Origin: Myxococcota bacterium
GTDB taxonomy: Bacteria > Myxococcota_A > UBA9160 > UBA4427
Reading direction: 5' to 3'
DNA: 64,000 bases
Assembly: GCA_965250285.1 (NCBI GenBank)
Contig: OZ252299.1
Coordinates: 1,280,001-1,344,000 of the forward strand
The notes under the pieces were generated by a model that did not search any database, was not told the DNA's origin, and saw only the letters and a list, made by a program, of their open reading frames with translations. A program made the translations under genes and the position numbers. Below, piece by piece: positions 22,272-30,784 of the stretch (position 1 is its first letter; each line of letters opens with the position of its first letter).

Positions 22272-23543
22272 ATGGACTTCGATCTCCCCGAGCACCTCGT
22301 GGCGTATCTCGCCGAGCTCGATGCGTTCATCGAGAGCGAGATCGTTCCCCTCGAGCAGCAGGACGACAACATTCGCTTCTTCGATCATCGCCGCGAAGAT
22401 GCGCGCACCGACTGGGAGCGCGGCGGCTTGCCCAACGAAGAGTGGGAGGCCCTGCTCGGCGAGGCGAAGCGCCGCGCGGACGCGGCGGGGCACTACCGAT
22501 ATCCCTTTCCGAAGGAGTGGGGCGGCCGCGAGGGTACGAACCTCGACATGGCGGTGATTCGGGAACATCTCGCACGCAAGGGGCTCGGGCTTCACAACGA
22601 CCTGCAGAACGAGCACTCGGTCGTCGGCAACAATGTCGGCCTGCTGCTGCTACTGCATTACGGCAGCGACGCGCAAAAGGCAGAGTGGCAGGATCGACTC
22701 GCCACCGGACAAGGCGGTTTCACCTTCGGCATCACCGAGAGCGCCCACGGCAGCGACGCGACGCACATGGAGACGAGCGGCGTCCGCGATGGCGACGAGT
22801 GGGTGCTGAACGGCGAAAAGTCGTGGAACACCGGCATCCACAAGGCGAGCCACGCGATGGTCATGGCCCGCACGAGTGGCGCGCCGGGGGACGGCCACGG
22901 CATCACCGCGTTTCTCACGCCAACCGATGCCCCGGGCTTTCGCGTCGAAGAGATGCTCTGGACGTTCAACATGCCGACCGACCATGGTCGCTTCACGCTG
23001 AACGACGTACGGGTGCCGCACGCGGCGATCTTCGGCGAGGAGGGCCGGGGGCTGCAGATCGTGCAGCACTTCTTCAACGAGAACCGCATCCGACAGGCCG
23101 CCTCGTCGCTCGGCGCCGCGCAGTTCTGCATCGATCGCTCGGTCGAATTCGCCCGCCACCGAAAGCCGTTCGGCAAGGCGCTCGCGACGAATCAGGGCAT
23201 TCAGTTTCCGCTCGTCGAGCTGCAGACCCAGTGCGAGATGCTGCGAGCGTTGATCCACAAGACTGCCTGGCAAATGGATCGTGACGGTGCGTTCTCGGTC
23301 TCGGACAAGGTCTCGATGTGCAACTACTGGTCGAACCGACTCTGTTGCGAGGCGGCCGATCGCGCCATGCAGGTGCACGGCGGCATGGGCTACTCGCGGC
23401 ACGAGCCCTTCGAGCACATCTACCGACACCACCGGCGCTACCGCATCACTGAAGGCGCCGAAGAGATCCAGATGCGACGCGTGGCCGGCTACTTGTTCGG
23501 CTTCATGAAGCAGCAGGCGCCGAAGGGTGTCACGACGGACTGA
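22272..23543 (+). CDS. Acyl-CoA dehydrogenase
   Basis: FGITESAHGSD, WVLNGEKSW, RKPFGKALA, QVHGGMG, RITEGAEEIQ. Confidence 0.93.
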   Translation: MDFDLPEHLVAYLAELDAFIESEIVPLEQQDDNIRFFDHRREDARTDWERGGLPNEEWEALLGEAKRRADAAGHYRYPFPKEWGGREGTNLDMAVIREHLARKGLGLHNDLQNEHSVVGNNVGLLLLLHYGSDAQKAEWQDRLATGQGGFTFGITESAHGSDATHMETSGVRDGDEWVLNGEKSWNTGIHKASHAMVMARTSGAPGDGHGITAFLTPTDAPGFRVEEMLWTFNMPTDHGRFTLNDVRVPHAAIFGEEGRGLQIVQHFFNENRIRQAASSLGAAQFCIDRSVEFARHRKPFGKALATNQGIQFPLVELQTQCEMLRALIHKTAWQMDRDGAFSVSDKVSMCNYWSNRLCCEAADRAMQVHGGMGYSRHEPFEHIYRHHRRYRITEGAEEIQMRRVAGYLFGFMKQQAPKGVTTD

Positions 23544-23558
23544 CGAGGCCGGGGTGAC

Positions 23559-23993
23559 TCACGCCTCGGTTTCGACGAGCGTCGCGGTGCGTCGCATCCC
23601 GCCGCGAATCGCGGCGTACAGCCCGAGGCCGACGGGGCCCATCATCAGCGTGAAGGCAAGGCACGGCAGGACGATCAACGGGTGGATGCCGCGCCGCACG
23701 GCGTCGCGGCTGATCCAGGCGCCGACGAAGAGATCGAATACCAGGTAGTGCACCCAGCCGGCCAGCAATGCGCGGGGGTCGGCGAAGGCCGCCCCGAGCC
23801 CGGCGAGTGTCGAGATGTCGCCTTCGGCGTCCGCGCCGAGCAGCAGCCACAGATAGATCGGCGCATAGACCGCGACGATCACGACCGAGTGCGTCAATCG
23901 ACGCGTCCATTCCCAGCGAGGGGCGACGGCGAGCAGCACCCAGAAGGGCAGGACGGCGGTATTCAGAATCGTGAAGAGCGTCTCGAGGTTCAT
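23559..23993 (-). CDS. ABA4-like (DUF4281) membrane protein
   Basis: Signatures GWVHYLVFDLFVG and TLMMGPVGL. Confidence 0.85.
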   Translation of the reverse strand: MNLETLFTILNTAVLPFWVLLAVAPRWEWTRRLTHSVVIVAVYAPIYLWLLLGADAEGDISTLAGLGAAFADPRALLAGWVHYLVFDLFVGAWISRDAVRRGIHPLIVLPCLAFTLMMGPVGLGLYAAIRGGMRRTATLVETEA

Positions 23994-24055
23994 GCGGAGC
24001 CTCCCTGTCGGAAAACGTTCGCGCAGCTCAGATCGCGGCGCTCGACACTCGAGGC

Positions 24056-24670
24056 TCAGCCCGAGCTGTCGGCCTTGCGCTCGAAGTACTGCAGGTCGAC
24101 GAACAGGCCGGCTGCGAGCAGCAGCAGGCGATCGTCGTCGGTGAGCGACGGGTCGACGAACTCGATCTTGAAGTTGTCGGCGTCGAGGAACGCCTCCTTC
24201 ATGAGGCCCGACCAGCGCTTGCGCACGAACGCCAGCTCGCGACCTTCGCGCTCGAACGGGAAGGTCCAGGGCCTCCAGAGCGGGCTTGCGACTCGCAGAC
24301 GCACCTCGCCCATCGCATCCTCGACGTCGAAGCGTTTGTGAAGCAGCGAGAAGCGCTGTTGCAGCGCGCCGAGGGGACGCCCTTCGGCTGTGTGCACCTC
24401 GAGTCGCTGGAAGAAGAAGCGCCACGGGTGCACGGCCACGGCCACGAGTGCCCGCTGCATGTCGAAGATGTGAATCTCGAACGTTCGCCAGTGGCCGAGG
24501 AACATGCGCGCGAGCAGCGCGCCGAAACCCTTGCCCTGCTCGGCGGCGAACCCGAGCGGGGCGCCGTCGCCGCCGAAGATCTCGAACTTGTTGCGCGTCT
24601 CGAAGCCGGCCAGCTCGGCGAGCTCGCGGCGCTGCTGCAGGACGATCTCGGTCTGCGAGGCGAGGTGCAT
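24056..24670 (-). CDS. Phospholipid scramblase / LURP-like protein
   Basis: GFETRNKFEI, KRWSGLMKEAFLDADNF, DLQYFE. Confidence 0.85.
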   Translation of the reverse strand: MHLASQTEIVLQQRRELAELAGFETRNKFEIFGGDGAPLGFAAEQGKGFGALLARMFLGHWRTFEIHIFDMQRALVAVAVHPWRFFFQRLEVHTAEGRPLGALQQRFSLLHKRFDVEDAMGEVRLRVASPLWRPWTFPFEREGRELAFVRKRWSGLMKEAFLDADNFKIEFVDPSLTDDDRLLLLAAGLFVDLQYFERKADSSG

Positions 24671-24702
24671 GAGAGCGAGGGTACCGGGGCGATCCGGGCG
24701 TG

Positions 24703-25278
24703 CTAGCGCGCGCCGAGATCCTGCCCGCCCGACTCGACGAGCCGCTCGAAGCGCGCGGGGCGGGGGTCTGCGTCGTCGACGATGCGGCCGATCCAGTGGC
24801 GCACGTAGTCGAGGTCGAGCTCACCGTCGGTTGCGAACACGACCTCGGCGAGGTCGCGCCAGTCCTTCTCGCGGTCGAAGACGATCTTGTAGATCATCAG
24901 GTCTTCGGCCGAGAGCACGTGGATTTCGTCTCCGCCGAAGTCGACGCGGCGTCGGCGCTCCATCGAGCTGTCGTGCAGCGGGTCGTACGAGAAGAAGAGG
25001 TCGAGCGGCGTGCGGTCCCAGTACAGCCGCGTCTGTCCGTGGTGCTCGATCGCTTCACGCACGCGATCACCGCCCGGCGACACGCCGAGGTCTTCGAGCA
25101 CCGACAGCACTTCGTTCGCGCGCGACGCCGCGACGAAGACGTTGAGGTCGATATCGTGGGTCGCCCGCGGCGTGCCGTAGTAGGCGAGGGCGTGCGCACC
25201 GCCGAAGGCATGCGGCAGGTCGGCGGCGTCCAGCGCGTGGCCGATGGCGACGATCTTCTCGTCGAGCAGCATCGCCAT
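24703..25278 (-). CDS. Putative nucleotidyltransferase (DUF6036 / AbiEii-like)
   Basis: GGAHALAYYGTPRATHDIDL (GG...DxD), EDLMIYK, REKDWRDL. Confidence 0.8.
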   Translation of the reverse strand: MAMLLDEKIVAIGHALDAADLPHAFGGAHALAYYGTPRATHDIDLNVFVAASRANEVLSVLEDLGVSPGGDRVREAIEHHGQTRLYWDRTPLDLFFSYDPLHDSSMERRRRVDFGGDEIHVLSAEDLMIYKIVFDREKDWRDLAEVVFATDGELDLDYVRHWIGRIVDDADPRPARFERLVESGGQDLGAR

Positions 25279-25281
25279 CGT

Positions 25282-25779
25282 TCAGTGCGCAGGCTGCGAG
25301 CTGAAGCGCGGGAAGGGCTCGGGCTCGGCCACGCGAAGCGGCCGCCGCGACTGCACGATGCGATCAGCCGTGCGCAGGAGGCCCCGCAGCGCGGCACCCC
25401 GCTCGCGCTCGGGCTGGCCGATCCAGTCGGCCGCATCGCTCAGATGCTCGGGGACGGGTTGGGCGTCGAGCGCGTCGAGCGCTTCGCGGAGCAGGCCGAC
25501 GAGGGTCGGCTCGAGCTCACCGCCGCGCTGCAGCCGCGCGAGCAGGCGCCGTGCGTTCGGGTGCCGGCGTCGCATGCGCACCGGTAGGCCGAGCTTCTCG
25601 GCGCGGGCGATCAGGGCCTCGCGGTCGAAGGGGCGTCGGGCATTCGACTCGGCCTCGTCGAGGATCTCGGGCGTCAGGCTGTCGCGAAAACGTGCGAGGG
25701 AGCGTTGGCGCGGCCCGCGCTCGGTCGGCACGCACTCGCGAATCTCGTACAGGTCGCGCTGTCTACGAATCGACGCCAT
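25282..25779 (-). CDS. Hypothetical protein, candidate antitoxin partner of the NTase
   Basis: ATG after GGAG; Arg-rich; stop 3 nt before the NTase start. Confidence 0.7.
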   Translation of the reverse strand: MASIRRQRDLYEIRECVPTERGPRQRSLARFRDSLTPEILDEAESNARRPFDREALIARAEKLGLPVRMRRRHPNARRLLARLQRGGELEPTLVGLLREALDALDAQPVPEHLSDAADWIGQPERERGAALRGLLRTADRIVQSRRPLRVAEPEPFPRFSSQPAH

Positions 25780-25927
25780 GGGGCTTCTCCGGTCGTTCGG
25801 CGGGCGAATGGACCACCCGAGTGGATCGGACACCGAGAAAGTACTCATGAGGACTGAATTGGCAAACGCCCCGCGGGCGGCGAGCCTCGATCCGCCTGTG
25901 CGGCGAATGCTACGGTGCGCGCCACGT

Positions 25928-26009
25928 GCCGGGGTGGCGAAACTGGTAGACGCAGTGGCCTTAGGAGCCACCGCCCTTGGGCGTGCAGGTTCGAGTCCTG
26001 TCCCCGGCA
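25928..26009 (+). tRNA. tRNA-Leu (TAG), CCA not encoded
   Basis: GCCGGGG...CCCCGGC-A, anticodon loop CTTAGGA, long variable arm, GGTTCGAGTCC. Confidence 0.96.
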
Positions 26010-26117
26010 CCCTTCCGCGTTGCATTCATGCAGCTCAGCCCCGCGAGATCTTCGGCGGGCCGCATCTGCCATCGCATCGGAAAGCACGAGGCGGCCCCAG
26101 GTCAACGACGTCACGGC

Positions 26118-26987
26118 TCATGGCCCCTCCGATGCCCCTCGGAGGAAGGCCAACAGCGCCTGCACCTTCGGTGTCCTGTGCTGATCGACGTGGGTCACGA
26201 GCCAGAACGGTACATCCCAGGTGGGGTCGGGTGGGTCCACTTCGATGAGTTCCGGGTCGTTCGCCGCCACGTACTCAGGGCAGAACCCGATGCCCAACCC
26301 GGACCGAATCGCCTCCATGTTGAGCCGGGGATTGGCGCTGGCGAAGGCGATCTTCGCATCGTCTCGCCCTTGAACCCAGCGAGCGAACGGAAACGGGCTG
26401 TCTGCGCCGGGGTCTCCGACGAACCGGTGGTCGGTCACGTCCGCACCAAAGTCCGGCATGCCTCGAGCCGCCACGTAGGACCGGTGCGCATACATGCCCG
26501 ATCGCAGCGTCAGGAAGGGCATCACCACGTAGTCTGGGTGATCGGGCCGGATTCGGGCACGGATGGCGACGTGCGCCTCGCCGTACTCGAGATTGAGCGC
26601 CCGGTCGCTCGAGTCGTAACGCACACGCATCCGAGGGTTCTCAGACAGGAACCGATCGAGCGCCGTCATCACCAGGGGAGCGATGATCTCGACCGACGTG
26701 ACGACGACTTCTCCTGAAAGCCGGGCGGACGCTCCGCGCAGGCGTCCCTCGAAGGCCGAGAACTCCTCCTCGGTCGCATCGGCGACGCGCAATAGATCGC
26801 GGCCCGCCTCGGTCGGCTCGTAACCGCGGGCATGCCGCAGGAAGAGCCGTTCGCCGAGCTCTTGCTCCAACGCATCGACATGGCGGATCACGGTGGCGCG
26901 GTGAAGCCCCAGGGCCTTCGCTGCCGCAGTGACGGTGCCGAGCTTCGCCACGAGATGCGCGGTTCGGACCTCTGTCCATCGCTCCAT
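26118..26987 (-). CDS. LysR family transcriptional regulator
   Basis: HTH GTVTAAAKALGLHRATVIRHVDALE, LFLRHARGYEPTEAG. Confidence 0.92.
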   Translation of the reverse strand: MERWTEVRTAHLVAKLGTVTAAAKALGLHRATVIRHVDALEQELGERLFLRHARGYEPTEAGRDLLRVADATEEEFSAFEGRLRGASARLSGEVVVTSVEIIAPLVMTALDRFLSENPRMRVRYDSSDRALNLEYGEAHVAIRARIRPDHPDYVVMPFLTLRSGMYAHRSYVAARGMPDFGADVTDHRFVGDPGADSPFPFARWVQGRDDAKIAFASANPRLNMEAIRSGLGIGFCPEYVAANDPELIEVDPPDPTWDVPFWLVTHVDQHRTPKVQALLAFLRGASEGP

Positions 26988-26994
26988 GACGGGA

Positions 26995-27052
26995 TGTTAC
27001 ATTTTCGCACACTGGCCGCGCCTGAACTCGACTTGTGTCGAATTTCTGCACA
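26995..27052. promoter_or_regulatory. Two putative LysR binding sites
   Basis: TGT-N11-ACA at 26995..27011 and 27036..27052 in the divergent intergenic region. Confidence 0.55.
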
Positions 27053-27088
27053 GGGAATGATTCATCCCGTTCGAGCTGGAGGATCGGC

Positions 27089-27559
27089 ATGAATGGAACA
27101 TCCGCGGCGCTCAGGGTCGCCGCTGTGCTCTGGATAGTCTGGGGACTCGTTCACATCCTGGCCGGGGTCATGACGATCTCTCAGGACGCGAGTGGAGCGG
27201 TACAGGGCATCGCGGACGCGGTTGATCCTGCCGAGCTGGTGCGTGACTACCCGCCTGCTGCTGCGGCCATCTTCAATCAGCATGGGTGGAACCTGGGCTG
27301 GATCGGTCTGACCACGCTCGCCTGCGCACCCTTCATCTGGCGAGGCGATGCGCAAGCCATCTTTCTGGCGGCCTTGGTTGGGGGCCTCGCCGACGTCGGC
27401 TACTTCGTCTTCATCGATCTGGGCGGCTTCGCCCGGTTGATCCCCGGCACCCTGATGACCGTGTTCTCCGCCAGCGCCATCGTGCTCAGCTTCTGGGCTT
27501 ACTTCAGCTCGAATCGATCGACAGACCCCACATCCGCTGACATCGAGTATTTGACTTGA
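27089..27559 (+). CDS. Hypothetical membrane protein
   Basis: RBS GGAGG; about 4 TM helices. Confidence 0.75.
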   Translation: MNGTSAALRVAAVLWIVWGLVHILAGVMTISQDASGAVQGIADAVDPAELVRDYPPAAAAIFNQHGWNLGWIGLTTLACAPFIWRGDAQAIFLAALVGGLADVGYFVFIDLGGFARLIPGTLMTVFSASAIVLSFWAYFSSNRSTDPTSADIEYLT

Positions 27560-28281
27560 TCGGGGGCGAACCCCGAGATTTCGACGCGCGCCGGGACTCG
27601 AAGCTCCGGGTCATCGTCTTCGGCGCGACGGGTGGATTGGGTCAATGGGCCTGGAAGGCGGCCGTCGCAGCTGGCCACGACGTCGTCGCATTCGCCCGTT
27701 CTCCAGACAAGCTCGACTCGAGCGCCTTGGAGTACTCGAAGCTTCGCGTTGCTGTGGGGGACGTGATGGACGCCGCGGCCGTCGAGGAAGCCAGCAGCGG
27801 CTGTAAAGTCGCCATCAACTGCACTTCGCCGGCAGGTGGCAACTCGGCCCTCGAGATGGCTCGGTCGATCGCGAGCCGTGCTTCGGCAAGCGGCGTCGAC
27901 ACCTTCTACATGGTCGGTGGGGTGGGGGCGCTGTGGGTGCCCGGAAGTGGGCAGACAGTCTTGGTTCAGGACGCTGATTTCACCGACGAGCTGGCGAGGT
28001 TCGGGTTGCCGCCCGGGATGTCCAAGGAGCGAATTCAGGAAATGACCAAGGGCCATCTAGCTTCGATGGCGTACATGGCGAGTACCGGACTCGACCATAC
28101 GTTCGTGTGTCCTGGGGTCATGGTGGAGGGGCCGGCGACGTCCGAACGGGTGGTGACGCTTGACGAGCTCGGCGGGGCCGCCGTCATGCGCGTGAACATG
28201 GGCGACATCGCGGATGTGATCGTGGGCGATCTGGGCAAGCGCGAACTGATCGGCCACCGCGTCTGCGTGGCAGCCTCGTGA
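27556..28281 (+). CDS. NAD(P)H-binding protein (atypical SDR / flavin reductase-like)
   Basis: VIVFGATGGLG Rossmann motif, GHDVVAFARSPDKL, VGGVGAL. Confidence 0.85.
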   Translation: MIGGEPRDFDARRDSKLRVIVFGATGGLGQWAWKAAVAAGHDVVAFARSPDKLDSSALEYSKLRVAVGDVMDAAAVEEASSGCKVAINCTSPAGGNSALEMARSIASRASASGVDTFYMVGGVGALWVPGSGQTVLVQDADFTDELARFGLPPGMSKERIQEMTKGHLASMAYMASTGLDHTFVCPGVMVEGPATSERVVTLDELGGAAVMRVNMGDIADVIVGDLGKRELIGHRVCVAAS

Positions 28282-28650
28282 CGATTCGACCGGCGCCCTC
28301 GATCTAGCCAGAGCGGCGAAGGACGCGGTCGGCGTCCGCGATCGTTCTGGGCGCTCGACAAGGAACGGGCGCGGTCGCGGGGGCGGAACCGTCGCATCCT
28401 CTCATGCGGTCGTTCGGCCGCGAAACTGCCGATCCGCCTGCGGCGGAACGCTCTCGCCGTTGCGCGGAGACGCCCTGCGAGCAGACCGGTTGGTGGAGAG
28501 CTTCGGGCGCGTCGCCAGCCGATCCACCAACAGCTACAACTCCAATCCAATCGGCACGCGCAGTAGGGCGACGCCCAAAAAGGCTGTGGAGTTCCGGTCC
28601 ACCCTGGCCTCGGCAGCCAGACATTCTCTCTCGCGGATGGGTTTCGACGC

Positions 28651-29475
28651 TTGGATGATCCCAGCCAGCTCGCGTTCTGGGCCAGCCTCCTCGCCGGGGC
28701 CGTGATCGGCGCGTGGGCGGGCTTCTCGGCGACGTCGGGTTGGATCGTCGTCTTCCCGCTGCTCTTCGTCGTGGCCGAGCGACCGCTCTTCGAGTGCCTG
28801 CTCGCGTCGCTCGTCGTCGACTGGTCGTGCGCCTTCGTGGCGGCCGTGTCGTACGTGCGCCGCGGCGACGCCGACGTCGGCTTCGCGGTGCGCTGGGCCG
28901 CCATCTCGGTCCCCCTGGTGCTGCTCGGCGTGGGCATCGCGGTGAGCGTGCTGCCGCACCTCGACTCGCTGCTCGGTGGCATCTCCGGGCCGATCGCGAT
29001 CGGCATGGGGCTGCTGCTGTTGCGACGAGCGTGGCGCTCGGGCGCACCGCCGACGGTCGATGCCCAGGACGCTCAGCCGACGGAGGGCCCGCGCCACGCG
29101 ACGGGGGTGCTCCGCGCCGGCCTCGTCGCCAACGGCACGCTGATGGGCATTCTCGGTCAGAGCGGCGGACTGAATACGGCGCTGCTGCTCATCTGGCTGC
29201 GGGGCAAGCCCACGCGCGCCGCCGTCGCGACGGCGGTGCTGCTGGGCGCGATCGTGCTGCCCGTGGGCATCGCCGCCTATCTCTGGGTGACAGCGGGGGC
29301 GGGGGGGCTCTGGCCGGTGCTCGGCCCCTTTGCCCTGGCCAGCATCGCGGCTTCGGCGACGGCGGCGCACCAGGTCGCGCACATTCCCGAGCGCAGGCTC
29401 GAGTTCGTCGTCGCCTTCTGCGTGTTGCTCGCCGGCACCGTCGCGACCGCGCAGCGCTGGATCATGCCGGTCTGA
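28651..29475 (+). CDS. Sulfite exporter TauE/SafE family membrane protein
   Basis: About 8 TM helices with an internal duplication (GAWAGFSATSG / GTLMGILGQSGG). Confidence 0.65.
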   Translation: MDDPSQLAFWASLLAGAVIGAWAGFSATSGWIVVFPLLFVVAERPLFECLLASLVVDWSCAFVAAVSYVRRGDADVGFAVRWAAISVPLVLLGVGIAVSVLPHLDSLLGGISGPIAIGMGLLLLRRAWRSGAPPTVDAQDAQPTEGPRHATGVLRAGLVANGTLMGILGQSGGLNTALLLIWLRGKPTRAAVATAVLLGAIVLPVGIAAYLWVTAGAGGLWPVLGPFALASIAASATAAHQVAHIPERRLEFVVAFCVLLAGTVATAQRWIMPV

Positions 29476-29524
29476 GAGGGGCGAGCCGGGCGCGGGATCG
29501 GGTCGATCCGCGCTGCCTGCGGTC

Positions 29525-30649
29525 CTACAGACCGAGCTGATACATCCGGTGCACCTTCCGCACCTGGCCGTTCAGCGACTCGACGTTGCTGAGCATGCGG
29601 GCCGTCGTCTCCTGGATCTGCACCATCTCGAGATCGGTGAACTGGTCGTGCTCTTTCAGTGTGTTCTCGAGCTCCTGGTAGAGCATCATGTTCGCGCCCG
29701 TCCCCTGGAACTCCGGCAGGATGCCCATGCCATTGACCAGCAGCCACGGGGTGCGCTTGATCTCGCGCCAGAGCCTGAAGAGATCGAACACCCCCACCGT
29801 TCCGCCGCTGCGCTGAAGCACCGACGACAGGTCGTAGAAGCCGAAGAGGAAGCCGACGACCTTGTCGTCGTGGGCGATCAGCTTGATCAGCTCGGGGCGC
29901 GCGATCTGCAGCAGGCTCTTCTTCAGATAGGCGATCTCGTTGGGCGAGAGCTCGTAGTTGCCCGGGTGATCGGCGAGCGTCTCGTAGAACAGATGGACGA
30001 CGTCGTCGGCGAGCCGCTCGAGCTCCTTCTTCTTGCGCAGGCGAAGCACACGAAAGTGGCCGTCGGCCGCCGCCGCATCGGCGCGCTCGCGAAGCGGTTC
30101 AGGCAGCCGTGCGGTCGTGGGCAGATGGAACGAGAAGTTGTCGAGATACTTCTCGAAGCCGAAACCCTCCATGAGAGCGGGGAGCCACGGCCCGTTGTAG
30201 GGCATCATCGTCATCGAGGCGCGATGCTCGAAGCCCTCGACCAGCATGCCGCCGCCGGTCACACCCCCGAAGCCCATTGGGCCGATCAGCTGCTCGAGCC
30301 CGCGGTTGCGCGACCAATCGCGTGCCGCTTCGAGCAGGCGATCGGCCACCGCCCGATCGTCGACGCAGTCGAAGAAGTAGAAGTGTGCGCACTTCATGTC
30401 GTGGGTCGCGTTGTAGCGCGGGTTCTCGAACACGAAGATGCGACCGAGCGCGCGGCCCTCGTGCATCGCCACCAGGAACTCGCCGTGGGCGTGCTCGAAG
30501 AGGGGATGCCGGCGATCGACGAGCTCGGCGACGTCGCCCTTCAGCCACGGCACCCATTGCGGGTCGTCTCGGTGAATCGACGCCGGGAGCGTGTAGAAGT
30601 GCTCGAAGGCAGGGCCCTTCGCATTCTCGACCTTCACGATCTCGGTCAT
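29525..30649 (-). CDS. GNAT-like (YghO-like) protein
   Basis: DPQWVPWL, HPLFEH, GMLVEGFE, MMPYN, GILPEFQGTG; RBS GGAGG. Confidence 0.75.
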   Translation of the reverse strand: MTEIVKVENAKGPAFEHFYTLPASIHRDDPQWVPWLKGDVAELVDRRHPLFEHAHGEFLVAMHEGRALGRIFVFENPRYNATHDMKCAHFYFFDCVDDRAVADRLLEAARDWSRNRGLEQLIGPMGFGGVTGGGMLVEGFEHRASMTMMPYNGPWLPALMEGFGFEKYLDNFSFHLPTTARLPEPLRERADAAAADGHFRVLRLRKKKELERLADDVVHLFYETLADHPGNYELSPNEIAYLKKSLLQIARPELIKLIAHDDKVVGFLFGFYDLSSVLQRSGGTVGVFDLFRLWREIKRTPWLLVNGMGILPEFQGTGANMMLYQELENTLKEHDQFTDLEMVQIQETTARMLSNVESLNGQVRKVHRMYQLGL

Positions 30650-30784
30650 GCGGTCACCTCCATCGTCGGCGTGTCGGGTGGGTCCAAAGGCGCATATCAA
30701 CGCTATCCCACGCGGCGCCAGGCGGCCGCGGGGCCGAAGCCCCGGTCGCTGCTCGGGTCGCGGTGCACCCACCTCATCGGGGCG

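Noticed and set aside
27441..27453. 13-bp match (TCCCCGGCACCCT) to the tRNA-Leu 3' end as a possible attR
   Set aside because: It lies inside an intact CDS (IPGTL), is short and GC-rich, so is probably chance.
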